A stretch of DNA of 64,000 bases from an uncultured delta proteobacterium (GTDB lineage: Bacteria; Myxococcota_A; Polyangia; Polyangiales; Houyiibacteriaceae), in the NCBI GenBank assembly GCA_963704865.1, contig CAVPIE010000002.1:654989-718988 (forward strand), read 5' to 3'. Positions 8,374 through 17,340 of the stretch are shown here, one piece after another (the stretch's first letter is position 1; each line of letters starts with the position of its first letter). The notes under the pieces were generated by a model. That model made no database searches, was not told where the DNA came from, and saw nothing but the letters and a program-made list of their open reading frames with translations. The position numbers and the translations under genes are program-made.

Positions 8374-9317
8374 TCGTTCGAAATGGTACGGGACTGAAGC
8401 GTGTATTCCGACGCTTCATCCTCAAGAATTGGGGGCTGATCCTCACCGTGATCTTCACTGAACAGGCCGTCGTCATCATCTCGCGATACACGAGCGTCCT
8501 CGAAACCGACGTGTTCTCTGCGACCGCCATCGGTTTGATTGCGACCGTGGTCGGCATCTTCATCGTGTTTCGCTTCAACGAGGCGTACCAACGCTGGTGG
8601 GAAGCGCGGATTTTGTGGGGGGGACTCGTCAACGAGAGCCGCACCTTCGCACACGAGGTCGGCACGCTTCTAAGCACGGAGCGCGTTCCCAAGCTCGCGT
8701 CCGAGGGCCAGGCGTCCGAAGCCCAGAAGAACCTCGTCTACCGTCATTTGGCATTCTGCAACGCGCTTCGTCTCAGCCTGCGAGGCCAAGATTGTTGGGA
8801 CGACCTCGCTCCATTCGTGACGAGTGACGAACTCACCGAACTGAAAGGATTTGCCAACAAGCCCACGCGCCTCATTCGCTCCCAAGGCGAAGCGCTTGCC
8901 GATTTGATCGGCACCGAGATGAGCCAGCAGCTCCTGCTGATGCGCTTCGACTCCACGCTGAGTCGGCTCTACGATCTTCAAGGCGGTTGCGAGCGGATCA
9001 AGAACACCGCCTTTCCCGACGAAGTTCGGCTGATTTCTCGTGGCCTGGTCTGGCTCAGCGCGGTCGCGGTCCCGATCGCGTTCTTGAGCGCTGACCGCCA
9101 GATTCGCGTCATCGAGGTGCTCGCCGTGATTGTGATCAGCTTGAGCTTCATGGTGGTTGAGCAGCTAGGCGCCTCGCTCAAGAACCCGTTCGAGAACGAC
9201 GACAATGACACGCCGATGACGAGCCTTTGTAGGACCATCGAGATCGACCTACGCCAGCACCTCGGCGAGACGAACGTCCCGCCACCGATCGAACCAGTTG
9301 ACGGCGTTCTGATGTGA
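8370..9317 (+). CDS. bestrophin/UPF0187 (YneE-like) family anion channel
   Basis: 315 aa from the ATG at 8370 (ATGA overlap with the upstream stop). FRFNEAYQRWWEARILWGGLVN motif and the hydrophobic segment layout are typical of bacterial bestrophins. Confidence 0.8.
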   Translation: MIVRNGTGLKRVFRRFILKNWGLILTVIFTEQAVVIISRYTSVLETDVFSATAIGLIATVVGIFIVFRFNEAYQRWWEARILWGGLVNESRTFAHEVGTLLSTERVPKLASEGQASEAQKNLVYRHLAFCNALRLSLRGQDCWDDLAPFVTSDELTELKGFANKPTRLIRSQGEALADLIGTEMSQQLLLMRFDSTLSRLYDLQGGCERIKNTAFPDEVRLISRGLVWLSAVAVPIAFLSADRQIRVIEVLAVIVISLSFMVVEQLGASLKNPFENDDNDTPMTSLCRTIEIDLRQHLGETNVPPPIEPVDGVLM

Positions 9318-9323
9318 GCTCGA

Positions 9324-10166
9324 TCAGTCTCTCAACGCCGAGCGCATCACGTCGAGTGGCGGCTTCATGCCGGTCCACATTTCGAAGGCCACTGCGCCCT
9401 GGTGGAGAAGCATCCCGAGGCCGTCGACGACCTGTAAGCCACGCTCTTCGGCACGCGCGAGCAGCGTCGTCCTGAGCGGCTCATAGACCATGTCGACGAC
9501 TGCGGCTCCCTCGGGCAAGGCTTCGATGGGGAGCGAATCGGCGAACGCTTGGGCGCCTGGGTTCGACTTGAGGGTCGCGCTCGTCGCCTGAACGAGCAGG
9601 CTCGCGCCCTGGAAATGACGGCCGGCTTCGCCCAATAGCGCAGCCTCCAAGCCGCAGCCGACCGCGTCCGCCAAGGATCGACACAGCGCTTCGCTTTGCT
9701 CGGGCTTCCGAGAGAGGACACGGATCTCGGACGCGCCCGCCTGGGCCAGGCCCACGACCGCGGCACGCGCCGCGCCCCCCGCGCCGAGCACGACCACGCG
9801 CGCAGCGCCCAGCTCCACACCCGCTTCCTCGAGCGAACGCACCAACCCTAGGGCGTCCGTGTTGTCGCCAAGGTAGCGCCCGTCGTGGCGCACGACGGTG
9901 TTCACTGCGCTGATCGCCTGCGCAGTCGGCGTGACTTCGTCGATCAGCGAGAGGATGGCCACCTTGTGGGGCACGGTGAGGTTGTAGCCATCGATGCCCG
10001 CAGCGTGCTCGGCTCGAATCGCCTCGGCCAAACCCTCCGGCGCGACCTCGAATCGCTCGTAGCGAAGCGCGATCCCCAGCGCCCGCGCGGCGGATTCGTG
10101 CATCTGCGGCGACTTCGAATGGGCAACCGGCCAACCGAAAATCCCGAGGCGAATCGGATCAGTCAT
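9324..10166 (-). CDS. aroE: shikimate dehydrogenase
   Basis: GIFGWPVAHSKSPQMHE, NLTVPHK, GDNTD and VVVLGAGGAARA motifs. Start taken at MTDPIRL. Confidence 0.9.
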   Translation of the reverse strand: MTDPIRLGIFGWPVAHSKSPQMHESAARALGIALRYERFEVAPEGLAEAIRAEHAAGIDGYNLTVPHKVAILSLIDEVTPTAQAISAVNTVVRHDGRYLGDNTDALGLVRSLEEAGVELGAARVVVLGAGGAARAAVVGLAQAGASEIRVLSRKPEQSEALCRSLADAVGCGLEAALLGEAGRHFQGASLLVQATSATLKSNPGAQAFADSLPIEALPEGAAVVDMVYEPLRTTLLARAEERGLQVVDGLGMLLHQGAVAFEMWTGMKPPLDVMRSALRD

Positions 10167-11598
10167 GGCTTTCGACCTTTGCGCCGAACTCTCCATCGGA
10201 CACTCGGACGCGCAAAAGGTCGCCTTGCTTCACCTCGGATTTGCTCCGAACCGCGCGACCCGTCGACTCGTGAAGCGCAATCGCATAGCCGCGCTCGAGC
10301 ACCCGCAACGGCGAAAGCGCGTCCAAATGTGCACAAAGCTCTGCATGTGTCGCGCGCGCCTCCCGCACCATCGGCCTCCCGCTGCCCCGCAATCGAAATT
10401 GGAGAGACTGCAGGCGGTCGCGGCGTGTTCGAACGGGCAAGCGGCCCGCGTCCCTGAGCCTGGCGGTCACCGTAGCGAGCTCGCGCTGATCGTGCCGGAG
10501 CACCGAGCGCGGATCCAAGCGCATCAGCCGCTGATGGAGCTCCGCATGCCGTTCCTGCCTTTCACGGAGATCGGACCGCTGCATCTGCTGGAGCTGCTCC
10601 TGCAGGTTCCGGAGCTCCCGACGAATCGGGCTGATGACTCGCCGCGCGCCGTAGAGCGGGCGCAGTTGCCGTTCGAGCCGAAGGCGAAGCCCGCCGATCC
10701 GATTGTCCAAAGCTTGGTTCAACCGCCGTTCCCAGGATCGCAGGTCGCGGAGCAGTGCTTGGCGCTCGGGCACGACGATCTCGGCTGCATTGGAGGGCGT
10801 GGCAGCTCGCACGTCGGCAACCAGATCGGCGATCGTCACATCGATCTCGTGACCGACGCCGCTCACGACGGGCACGCGACATGCTGCAATGGCGCGCGCA
10901 ACCCCCTCGTCGTTGAACGCCCAGAGGTCTTCGGCCGAACCGCCGCCGCGCGAGACGATCACCACATCCAAGTCCCCGACCCGCTGAATCAGCTCGAGCG
11001 CCGCGATGATGCTGGTCGGCGCATCCTCGCCCTGGACTCGGCAGTCTGCGACCAGAATCTGCACGGGGCAGCGCTCCGAAGCCACGCGAATGATGTCCCG
11101 CAAGGCAGCGGCCGTTCGGCTCGTGACGACGCCAACCCGCCGTGGAAGCGCAGGCAGCGGGCGCTTTCGCTCCGGGTCGAGCAGGCCCTCGGCTTCGAGC
11201 GTCGCACGCAGCCTTCGGAACTGAGCTGCGAGGTCGCCCTCGCCCGCGAGCTGCGCCGAGCGCGCGATCAGCTGAAACTGACCGCGCGCCGTATAGAGTG
11301 AAAGCGTCCCGCGAAAGCGGATGCGGGCCCCATTTTCGAGCGGGGCCTTGGTCCGGCGGACGTCGGATTGAAACATGACACCGCGCAGCTGTGCGGGGTC
11401 TTCCTCGTCGTTGAGCGTGAAATAGACGTGACCCTTCGCGCGCCGCACGTCGGACAGCTCGCCTTCGATGAGCACCTTCCCCCAGTTGTCCTCGAGCGTG
11501 AGGCGAACCGCGCGGTTGACTTCACTGACGCGGAAGACACGTTCATCGCCATCATGGCCTTGGCTCTGAAGACGCTCGAAAAGCGGCATCTCCGACAT
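10159..11598 (-). CDS. xseA: exodeoxyribonuclease VII large subunit
   Basis: 479 aa. OB-fold N-terminus (VSEVNRAVRLTLEDNWGKVLIEGELSD), core IVSRGGGSAEDLWAFNDE, long helical C-terminus. Overlaps the aroE start by 8 nt. Confidence 0.9.
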   Translation of the reverse strand: MSEMPLFERLQSQGHDGDERVFRVSEVNRAVRLTLEDNWGKVLIEGELSDVRRAKGHVYFTLNDEEDPAQLRGVMFQSDVRRTKAPLENGARIRFRGTLSLYTARGQFQLIARSAQLAGEGDLAAQFRRLRATLEAEGLLDPERKRPLPALPRRVGVVTSRTAAALRDIIRVASERCPVQILVADCRVQGEDAPTSIIAALELIQRVGDLDVVIVSRGGGSAEDLWAFNDEGVARAIAACRVPVVSGVGHEIDVTIADLVADVRAATPSNAAEIVVPERQALLRDLRSWERRLNQALDNRIGGLRLRLERQLRPLYGARRVISPIRRELRNLQEQLQQMQRSDLRERQERHAELHQRLMRLDPRSVLRHDQRELATVTARLRDAGRLPVRTRRDRLQSLQFRLRGSGRPMVREARATHAELCAHLDALSPLRVLERGYAIALHESTGRAVRSKSEVKQGDLLRVRVSDGEFGAKVESHD

Positions 11599-11628
11599 GC
11601 GCCGAACCTAGCCGCAATCCATCCTACG

Positions 11629-11650
11629 AAAAAGGGGACTGTCCCCTTTT
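11629..11650. repeat. perfect palindrome AAAAAGGGGAC-T-GTCCCCTTTT (copy 1 of 2)
   Basis: Read directly from the sequence. The same core is found at 50634-50656. Lies between the divergent starts of xseA (11598) and folK (11652). Confidence 0.8.
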
Positions 11651-11651
11651 A

Positions 11652-12491
11652 ATGAAAGTGAGCGCGATGCGTGCGGTTGTCGTTGGGGTCGGGTCGAATC
11701 TCGGAGCGCGGGAGGCCGCGATCCGTGCGGCGCGGGACCTGCTGCACGCGCGCGACGGCATCGAGGTGACCGCCGTCTCCCCGATGTACGAAACCCAACC
11801 CCTCGGACCGCCACAGCCACTGTATCTCAACGCCGCGTTCCGTTTGGAAACCAACCGTTCGCCAATCGAGCTTCTGTCGGCGCTGCTGCGAACCGAACGT
11901 CGTCTCGGCCGCCGTCGCGATGCGGACCAACGCTGGGGTCCCAGAAGCATCGATCTCGACCTGCTTTGGGACCAGCGCGGGCCACACGAGTCGCCGGGTC
12001 TTCGCGTGCCTCATCGCGAGCTCCGCAACCGCGACTTCGCGCTGGCGCCCCTGCTCGATGTCGCCCCGGAGCTCGTCGAAACGTTTGGCCGGTCGTTTGA
12101 ACAGCTGGGAGGCGCACCGCCTTTGTGGGCTCGCGACGCGCGGATCGTCGTAGAGACCTCCCCGAAAGGCTTCGACGTCGACGTCGAAGCGGACTCGCTC
12201 GCGGAAGGCTGCGCACTGAGCATCGGACACGGGGTTCGCGGAGGGCGCCCTTGGTCCAGCCTCCACCGGAGCATCGAACCCGGCGTCCAAGAATTCTCGA
12301 GCGCAGTCCGACGCGTTTTGCAGAAGGGCTTCTCAATCCACCGGGCGACGATCAGTCACTGCTCGAAATCCCAGTGGGACTTGGAATTTCATGGCGCTTG
12401 CATGGGAAACCCGCGCCCGGCTGATGTGCGACTTTGGACTACCCCGGGAACACATCGCCCCATTCGCGTCCAACTGGCAGCGCTTTACTGA
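11652..12491 (+). CDS. folK: 2-amino-4-hydroxy-6-hydroxymethyldihydropteridine diphosphokinase (HPPK) with a C-terminal extension
   Basis: VGVGSNLG, SPMYETQPLG, NAAF and SIDLDLL motifs. About 110 extra C-terminal residues. Alternative start ATG 11667. Confidence 0.85.
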   Translation: MKVSAMRAVVVGVGSNLGAREAAIRAARDLLHARDGIEVTAVSPMYETQPLGPPQPLYLNAAFRLETNRSPIELLSALLRTERRLGRRRDADQRWGPRSIDLDLLWDQRGPHESPGLRVPHRELRNRDFALAPLLDVAPELVETFGRSFEQLGGAPPLWARDARIVVETSPKGFDVDVEADSLAEGCALSIGHGVRGGRPWSSLHRSIEPGVQEFSSAVRRVLQKGFSIHRATISHCSKSQWDLEFHGACMGNPRPADVRLWTTPGTHRPIRVQLAALY

Positions 12492-12579
12492 CCGCCAGCC
12501 GGCGTCGTTTTCTCATCGAATCGTTTGTTGCTTCACGAATCGCTAGCTACTCTTAATCGGGGGTTCCAGACAAAAGAAC

Positions 12580-14652
12580 ATGGCAGATGCACGTAAGGAC
12601 AAGCGCACGCTGCTTTCGCTGAAGATCCGCTACAAGAGCGCCACGCTCGAGGATTTCATCGAACGCTACAGCAGCGACATTTCGCGGGGGGGCGTTTTCA
12701 TCAAGGCCAAGAAACCCTTGGCCGTGGGTACGCTTCTGAAGTTCGAGTTCATGCTTCAGGACGAGTCGTCCTTGATCCATGGCGTGGGCCGCGTGGTGTG
12801 GAGGCGCGAAGAAGCCGATGCGGGCCCGCAGGACCCTCCGGGCATGGGAATCAAGTTCATCAAGATGGATGCGGATTCCCGCGCCGTAGTACAAAAGATC
12901 GCAGACGACCGGGCGCACCCGGGTGTCTTCGATCAGGGCAAAGAAGGCGGCGATCATCTTCAGGTTTTGGAGTCCGACCAGCCTGCCAGCGACGATCGCA
13001 CCAAGGTCCGGCACGTCAGTGAATTTCTGGCGTCCGCGCTCGAGGAGGGCGGGGCCGGTGAAGCCGCACGACGTGAAGCGCAGGCCGGCGCTGCGCGCGC
13101 GCGTCATCACGGCGAAGACAGAAGCAACGTGGCGGCCCGTGGCGCGTTCGCGGCGCACGACACCCTCGCTTCTCAGCAGCGGCAATTTGCGTCCGAAGCA
13201 CAAGCGCGCGGCGCGATGTCCGCATTTGGCGGCTCCGGTGGCAGCTCCGCAGCGCGTGTCGGCAGCGCTGCGGCACCGGCGTTCGACGAGATCGACCCGG
13301 ACGACGACTTTCTCGAAGATGAAACCACGAAGGTCCACGAGTACCCCGCCGAAAGCTATCGCCCTGAAGCCGCCGCCACGGTGATCGCCAAGGACCCGGC
13401 GGCGCTGCTCCAATCCGAAAGGCTCGCGGCTCCCAAGGCGCCCGCCGAAAACACGATGGGCGAACCCCTTGAAGGCGGAGTCCAAGACCTTTTCGGCTCC
13501 GCGGACGTTGATTCGTTCGGCCCTGCGCCGGGGGAGATCATCGACGCGAAGTTCTTCGATTCCGACGATGGGCCAATGGGGCGACCCGTTCCAGAGGCGC
13601 CGGGGATTCCATCCGAGGCGTTCAAGGTTCCACAGTCGCCCGAGCCCGTTTGGACGACGAGGCCAACACCGGAGAAGCAGGCGCGATCCGGCCTTGTCGT
13701 TCTGCTCATCGGCGTGCTGGTCGTCGCCGTTGCAGCCGTTGCGGCATGGCAGTTTGGGCTGTTCGACGATTTGATGGATTCGCTCGCGGTGGGCTCCGCG
13801 GAACCTGCCGAGCCCAATCGCGCCGCTGCGCCTGTCGCCGCTCCTGCGGTACCCGAGCCCAAAGAACCCGCCCCAGACGCGCCGCCTGCAGCAGACGCCG
13901 CAGCCACTCAAGCTCCCGCGCAGGCCGCAGAAGGCCCGGCCAACGCTCCGCCTGTCGCCGCTCCTGCGGTTGCGAACGCGGCGCCTGCCAAGGACGTCGA
14001 TGCGGGTGTCATCAAGTTCGAGGTCACCTCGCAGCCGGCTGGTGCATTCGTCTCGGTCAACGGCAAACGCCAGGGACGCACGCCGATCGTGCTCGAGCAC
14101 GACGTGGGCACGAAGCTTTCGATCTACTCGAAGATTCGCGGCTATCTGGGTCAGAGGCAGCAGGTCGTGGTCGCCGCAGGCCAAGAGCCGCTCACGATGC
14201 AGCTCGTGCCCCTGCCCTACGTGGTTCAGGTCGTGACGGATCCACCGGGCGCCATGGCGAGTGCGGTCGGTGGCGGGGTGGTCGTCACGCCAGGTGAAAT
14301 GCAGTTCAAATCGATGCCGAGGTCTCGGAGGATCGTGTTCTCCATGAACGGCTACGAAACTGCGAACAAATTCGTGACCCGCGGTTCGTTCACCGAAGAG
14401 ACCCGCCGCATGTTCGCAACCGTCAACGTAACGCTTCGGAAAGAAGGGGCCGGATCGAGCACCAAAGTCGCCGCGCCCGTGCCTGGCGAAGAGACTGTCG
14501 AGCCAGCGGCCGCGCCGAGCGGCGAAACGGCCGGACCACAGGCCGCGCCTGCGCCGAGCGAGGAGAAAGCCGAGGCGAAGCCGCCGGCCGAGCCAGAGCC
14601 CGTCGAAGAGCCTCCGGCGCCTAGCGAAACAGAAGCGGCCGACGTCCCTTAG
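12580..14652 (+). CDS. PilZ-like (TIGR02266-type) domain protein with TM segment, Ala/Pro-rich linker and PEGA-like domains
   Basis: N-terminus KRTLLSLKIRYKSATLEDFIERYSSDISRGGVFIKAKKPLAVGTLLKFEF. TM LVVLLIGVLVVAVAAVAAW. PEGA-like FEVTSQPAGAFVSVNGKRQGRTPI and VVQVVTDPPGAMAS. Confidence 0.8.
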   Translation: MADARKDKRTLLSLKIRYKSATLEDFIERYSSDISRGGVFIKAKKPLAVGTLLKFEFMLQDESSLIHGVGRVVWRREEADAGPQDPPGMGIKFIKMDADSRAVVQKIADDRAHPGVFDQGKEGGDHLQVLESDQPASDDRTKVRHVSEFLASALEEGGAGEAARREAQAGAARARHHGEDRSNVAARGAFAAHDTLASQQRQFASEAQARGAMSAFGGSGGSSAARVGSAAAPAFDEIDPDDDFLEDETTKVHEYPAESYRPEAAATVIAKDPAALLQSERLAAPKAPAENTMGEPLEGGVQDLFGSADVDSFGPAPGEIIDAKFFDSDDGPMGRPVPEAPGIPSEAFKVPQSPEPVWTTRPTPEKQARSGLVVLLIGVLVVAVAAVAAWQFGLFDDLMDSLAVGSAEPAEPNRAAAPVAAPAVPEPKEPAPDAPPAADAAATQAPAQAAEGPANAPPVAAPAVANAAPAKDVDAGVIKFEVTSQPAGAFVSVNGKRQGRTPIVLEHDVGTKLSIYSKIRGYLGQRQQVVVAAGQEPLTMQLVPLPYVVQVVTDPPGAMASAVGGGVVVTPGEMQFKSMPRSRRIVFSMNGYETANKFVTRGSFTEETRRMFATVNVTLRKEGAGSSTKVAAPVPGEETVEPAAAPSGETAGPQAAPAPSEEKAEAKPPAEPEPVEEPPAPSETEAADVP

Positions 14653-15337
14653 GCCTTCGGTACAGCAAGCGAATCCAGAGCAGGCCGGCGAGAAAGCCGC
14701 CGATGTGCGCGAACCAAGCGACGCCGCCTCCGCCCTCGGCGATCATGTCGAGGGACATGTAGCCCAGCACGAGCTGCAGCACGAACCAGAGCACGATGAA
14801 AATCGCAGCAGGCACTTCCATGAAGTGAAAGAAGATGAAGATGGGGATGAGCGTGACCACGCGCGCATGCGGGAACAGCGTCAGGTAGCCGGCGAGGACA
14901 CCCGAGATCGCGCCCGACGCGCCGATCATGGGCACCATGCTGTTGGGGTCGACGAGAACGTGGCCCAGGGCAGCGCCGAGCCCGCACAGGAGGTAGAACA
15001 ACAGATAGCGAGCGCGCCCGAGCACGTCCTCCACGTTGTCCCCAAAGACGTGCAGAAAGAGCATGTTGCTCGCGAGATGCAGGAGCCCGCCGTGCAGGAA
15101 CATGCTGGTGTACGGCGTGACCCAGCTCCCAAGCGCGCCTCCATCCACACGCGCGGCGCCCCAGTTGCCATGGGCGATCACGTCGGGGATCACGCCGAAT
15201 CGCATCACCGCGGCTTCCGCCCCGGCTTTGTCGAGGCTCAAGCTCATCATGAAAACCAGCATGTTCGCGCCGATGATGGCCCAGGTGACGATGGGCGTGC
15301 GGCGCGTCTGGTTGATGTCGCGAATGGGTATCACCAT
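14621..15337 (-). CDS. rhomboid family intramembrane serine protease
   Basis: GASGAISGVLAGY (catalytic Ser), WFAHIGGFLAG (catalytic His), HLASNMLFLHVFGDNVE. Confidence 0.9.
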   Translation of the reverse strand: MVIPIRDINQTRRTPIVTWAIIGANMLVFMMSLSLDKAGAEAAVMRFGVIPDVIAHGNWGAARVDGGALGSWVTPYTSMFLHGGLLHLASNMLFLHVFGDNVEDVLGRARYLLFYLLCGLGAALGHVLVDPNSMVPMIGASGAISGVLAGYLTLFPHARVVTLIPIFIFFHFMEVPAAIFIVLWFVLQLVLGYMSLDMIAEGGGGVAWFAHIGGFLAGLLWIRLLYRRPKGRRPLLFR

Positions 15338-15395
15338 CGGCCTCTCTATAGCGCGCCCGCAATGCAGCCGCAGTACCCCGTGCTAGAGCGGGCAC

Positions 15396-17330
15396 ATGGA
15401 CGCGGGTCATCTGCTTGGACCGAACGGACCGCTGGCCCGCGGCATTCCGAGCTACGAGCATCGCCCCGGGCAGATTCGAATGGCCCGCGCGGTGCAGGAC
15501 GTGTTGCACCACGATGGCGTTCTGTTGATCGAGGCAGGAACCGGTACGGGGAAAACCTGGGCCTATTTGATCCCTGCGGCCCTGAGCGGGCGCCGCGTGC
15601 TGGTGTCGACCGGAACCCGCGCGCTGCAGGACCAGATCATGGAAAGGGACCTGCCGGCCTTGAAAAGCCACCTTGGCATCGACATCCAAGCAGTGTGCGT
15701 GAAGGGACTGAGCAACTATCTCTGCCGCCGAAGATTTCAGGAGCTTTCGAACAGCGCCGACGCGACGCAGCCCCGCTTCGCCCGCCCGCTACCCGCGCTT
15801 CGAAATTGGATTGAGAGTACCCGATCCGGCGATCGCGCTGACCTTTCGTCGATTGCCGAGGAAGACCCGATCTGGTCGCGTGTGGTGAGCGGATCCGAAA
15901 CGCGCATTGGCTCTCGCTGCGACTTCTACGAAGATTGCTTCGTGACCCGCGTTCGCCGACGTGCGGACGAGGCTCAGCTCGTGGTCGTCAACCATCACCT
16001 GTTCTTCGCGGACCTCGCGCTTCGCGACACCGGGTTTGCCTCGGTCTTGCCCGACTATGACGCGGTCATTTTCGATGAGGCGCATCAGATCGAGGACACC
16101 GCGACCCTCTTCTTCGGCTCGCGGCTTTCGACGGCAATGCTCGACAAGTTGGTCCGTGACGCCCGCGCGGCGTTGCGCAGCGAGCGGGGTGAAAAGAAGC
16201 AGGCGACGCGCCTGCTCGACGCGGTGCTCCAGCAATCCTCGAATTTTTTCAGCGCCCTACCCGGCAGCGCCAACGGTGGCCGAGTCCCCTTGCCCCCGCA
16301 GTCGATTCCGGAAAGCGCCCTTTTCGCCTTGGACAACGCGCTCGCCGAGCTCGCCGCCTCTTGCCGGAACCTGCGGCCGCCGCGCGAGAACGCCCTACAA
16401 ATCGCGAGGCGCACGGACCAGCTGCGGGATGCGCTCGGCTCTCTCGAAGCACCGGGCCAGGTGAGCTGGGCGCAGGCGAGCGGACGCAGCCCCGCCGTCG
16501 GCTCGAGCCCCATCGACGTGGGGCCACTCTTGCGCGAACGGCTGCACGAACGCGTCCCCTGCGTGGTGTTCACCAGCGCGACGCTGACCACCGGCGGAGA
16601 CTTTCGTTTCGTCAAGCGCCGCCTCGGCATCGATCGCGAGGTGAGCGAAGAAATCGTCGAGTCGCCGTTCCGTTACGAAGAGCAGGCTGCGCTCTACGCA
16701 CCCCAGCACCTCCCCGACCCACGCGCGTCGGACTTCCCGGACGCAGCGGTCAAAGAAATCGTGGAGCTCATCCGAATGTCAGAAGGGGGTGCATTCGTTC
16801 TTTCGACCTCGCTACGCATGATGCGGATTTTCGCCAAGCGCGTCGGAGAGCAACTCGACTACGAGTGGTTCGTCCAAGGCGACGCACCGAAACAGACCTT
16901 GCTCGATCGATTTCGCGATCAGGGCAACGCCGTATTGTTCGCGACCGCGAGCTTCTGGGAGGGTGTCGACGTCCCGGGTTCGGCGCTGCGGCTCGTCATC
17001 ATCGACAAGCTCCCCTTCGATGTACCAAGCGATCCGGTGATTGCCGCTCGCTGCGAACGCCTCGACGAGGCCGGCGAATCGTCGTTCATGCGCTACCTCG
17101 TTCCCGCCGCCGCGCTTTCGTTGAAACAGGGCTTTGGACGTCTGATTCGCCACCGGCAAGATCGCGGCGTCGTCGCCATTCTCGATTCGAGAATCCGCCG
17201 TAAAGGCTATGGAAAAGTGTTTCTTCGAAGCCTTCCGCCGGCGCGCGTCTGCGACAGCCTCGACGAGGTTCGGGAGCTCTTGATCTCCGCGAGCCAACAC
17301 CCCAACATGTCGTCCGTGTCCGCGTCTTGA
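15396..17330 (+). CDS. dinG: DinG/XPD-like ATP-dependent DNA helicase
   Basis: AGTGTGKT Walker A, DEAH box (IFDEAHQIED), four Cys (CVKGLSNYLC...CDFYEDC) as in Fe-S helicases, C-terminal FWEGVDVPG and GRLIRHRQDRGVV. Confidence 0.85.
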   Translation: MDAGHLLGPNGPLARGIPSYEHRPGQIRMARAVQDVLHHDGVLLIEAGTGTGKTWAYLIPAALSGRRVLVSTGTRALQDQIMERDLPALKSHLGIDIQAVCVKGLSNYLCRRRFQELSNSADATQPRFARPLPALRNWIESTRSGDRADLSSIAEEDPIWSRVVSGSETRIGSRCDFYEDCFVTRVRRRADEAQLVVVNHHLFFADLALRDTGFASVLPDYDAVIFDEAHQIEDTATLFFGSRLSTAMLDKLVRDARAALRSERGEKKQATRLLDAVLQQSSNFFSALPGSANGGRVPLPPQSIPESALFALDNALAELAASCRNLRPPRENALQIARRTDQLRDALGSLEAPGQVSWAQASGRSPAVGSSPIDVGPLLRERLHERVPCVVFTSATLTTGGDFRFVKRRLGIDREVSEEIVESPFRYEEQAALYAPQHLPDPRASDFPDAAVKEIVELIRMSEGGAFVLSTSLRMMRIFAKRVGEQLDYEWFVQGDAPKQTLLDRFRDQGNAVLFATASFWEGVDVPGSALRLVIIDKLPFDVPSDPVIAARCERLDEAGESSFMRYLVPAAALSLKQGFGRLIRHRQDRGVVAILDSRIRRKGYGKVFLRSLPPARVCDSLDEVRELLISASQHPNMSSVSAS

Positions 17331-17340
17331 AGGAGGCCCC

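Noticed and set aside
13830-13970. Exact 21-nt repeat (gcctgtcgccgctcctgcggt) 120 nt apart. Considered as a CRISPR-like or tandem repeat.
   Set aside because: There are only two copies, both in frame inside an Ala/Pro-rich linker and both encoding PVAAPAV. This is coding low complexity, not an array.
12553-14184. 543-aa minus-strand ORF antisense to the PilZ/PEGA gene. Similar alternative-frame ORFs (e.g. 102-1190, 388-1392, 1296-2312) lie in the kinase and LysM genes.
   Set aside because: The Arg/Gly/Pro-rich translations have no motifs, while the opposite or other frame carries clear domains. These are typical shadow ORFs of G+C-rich DNA.
15396-17330. DinG-like helicase as part of a defence island (type IV CRISPR or DinG-associated systems).
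   Set aside because: No cas genes, repeats or nuclease partners are nearby. It is flanked by a rhomboid gene and an aldehyde dehydrogenase gene, consistent with a housekeeping Fe-S helicase.
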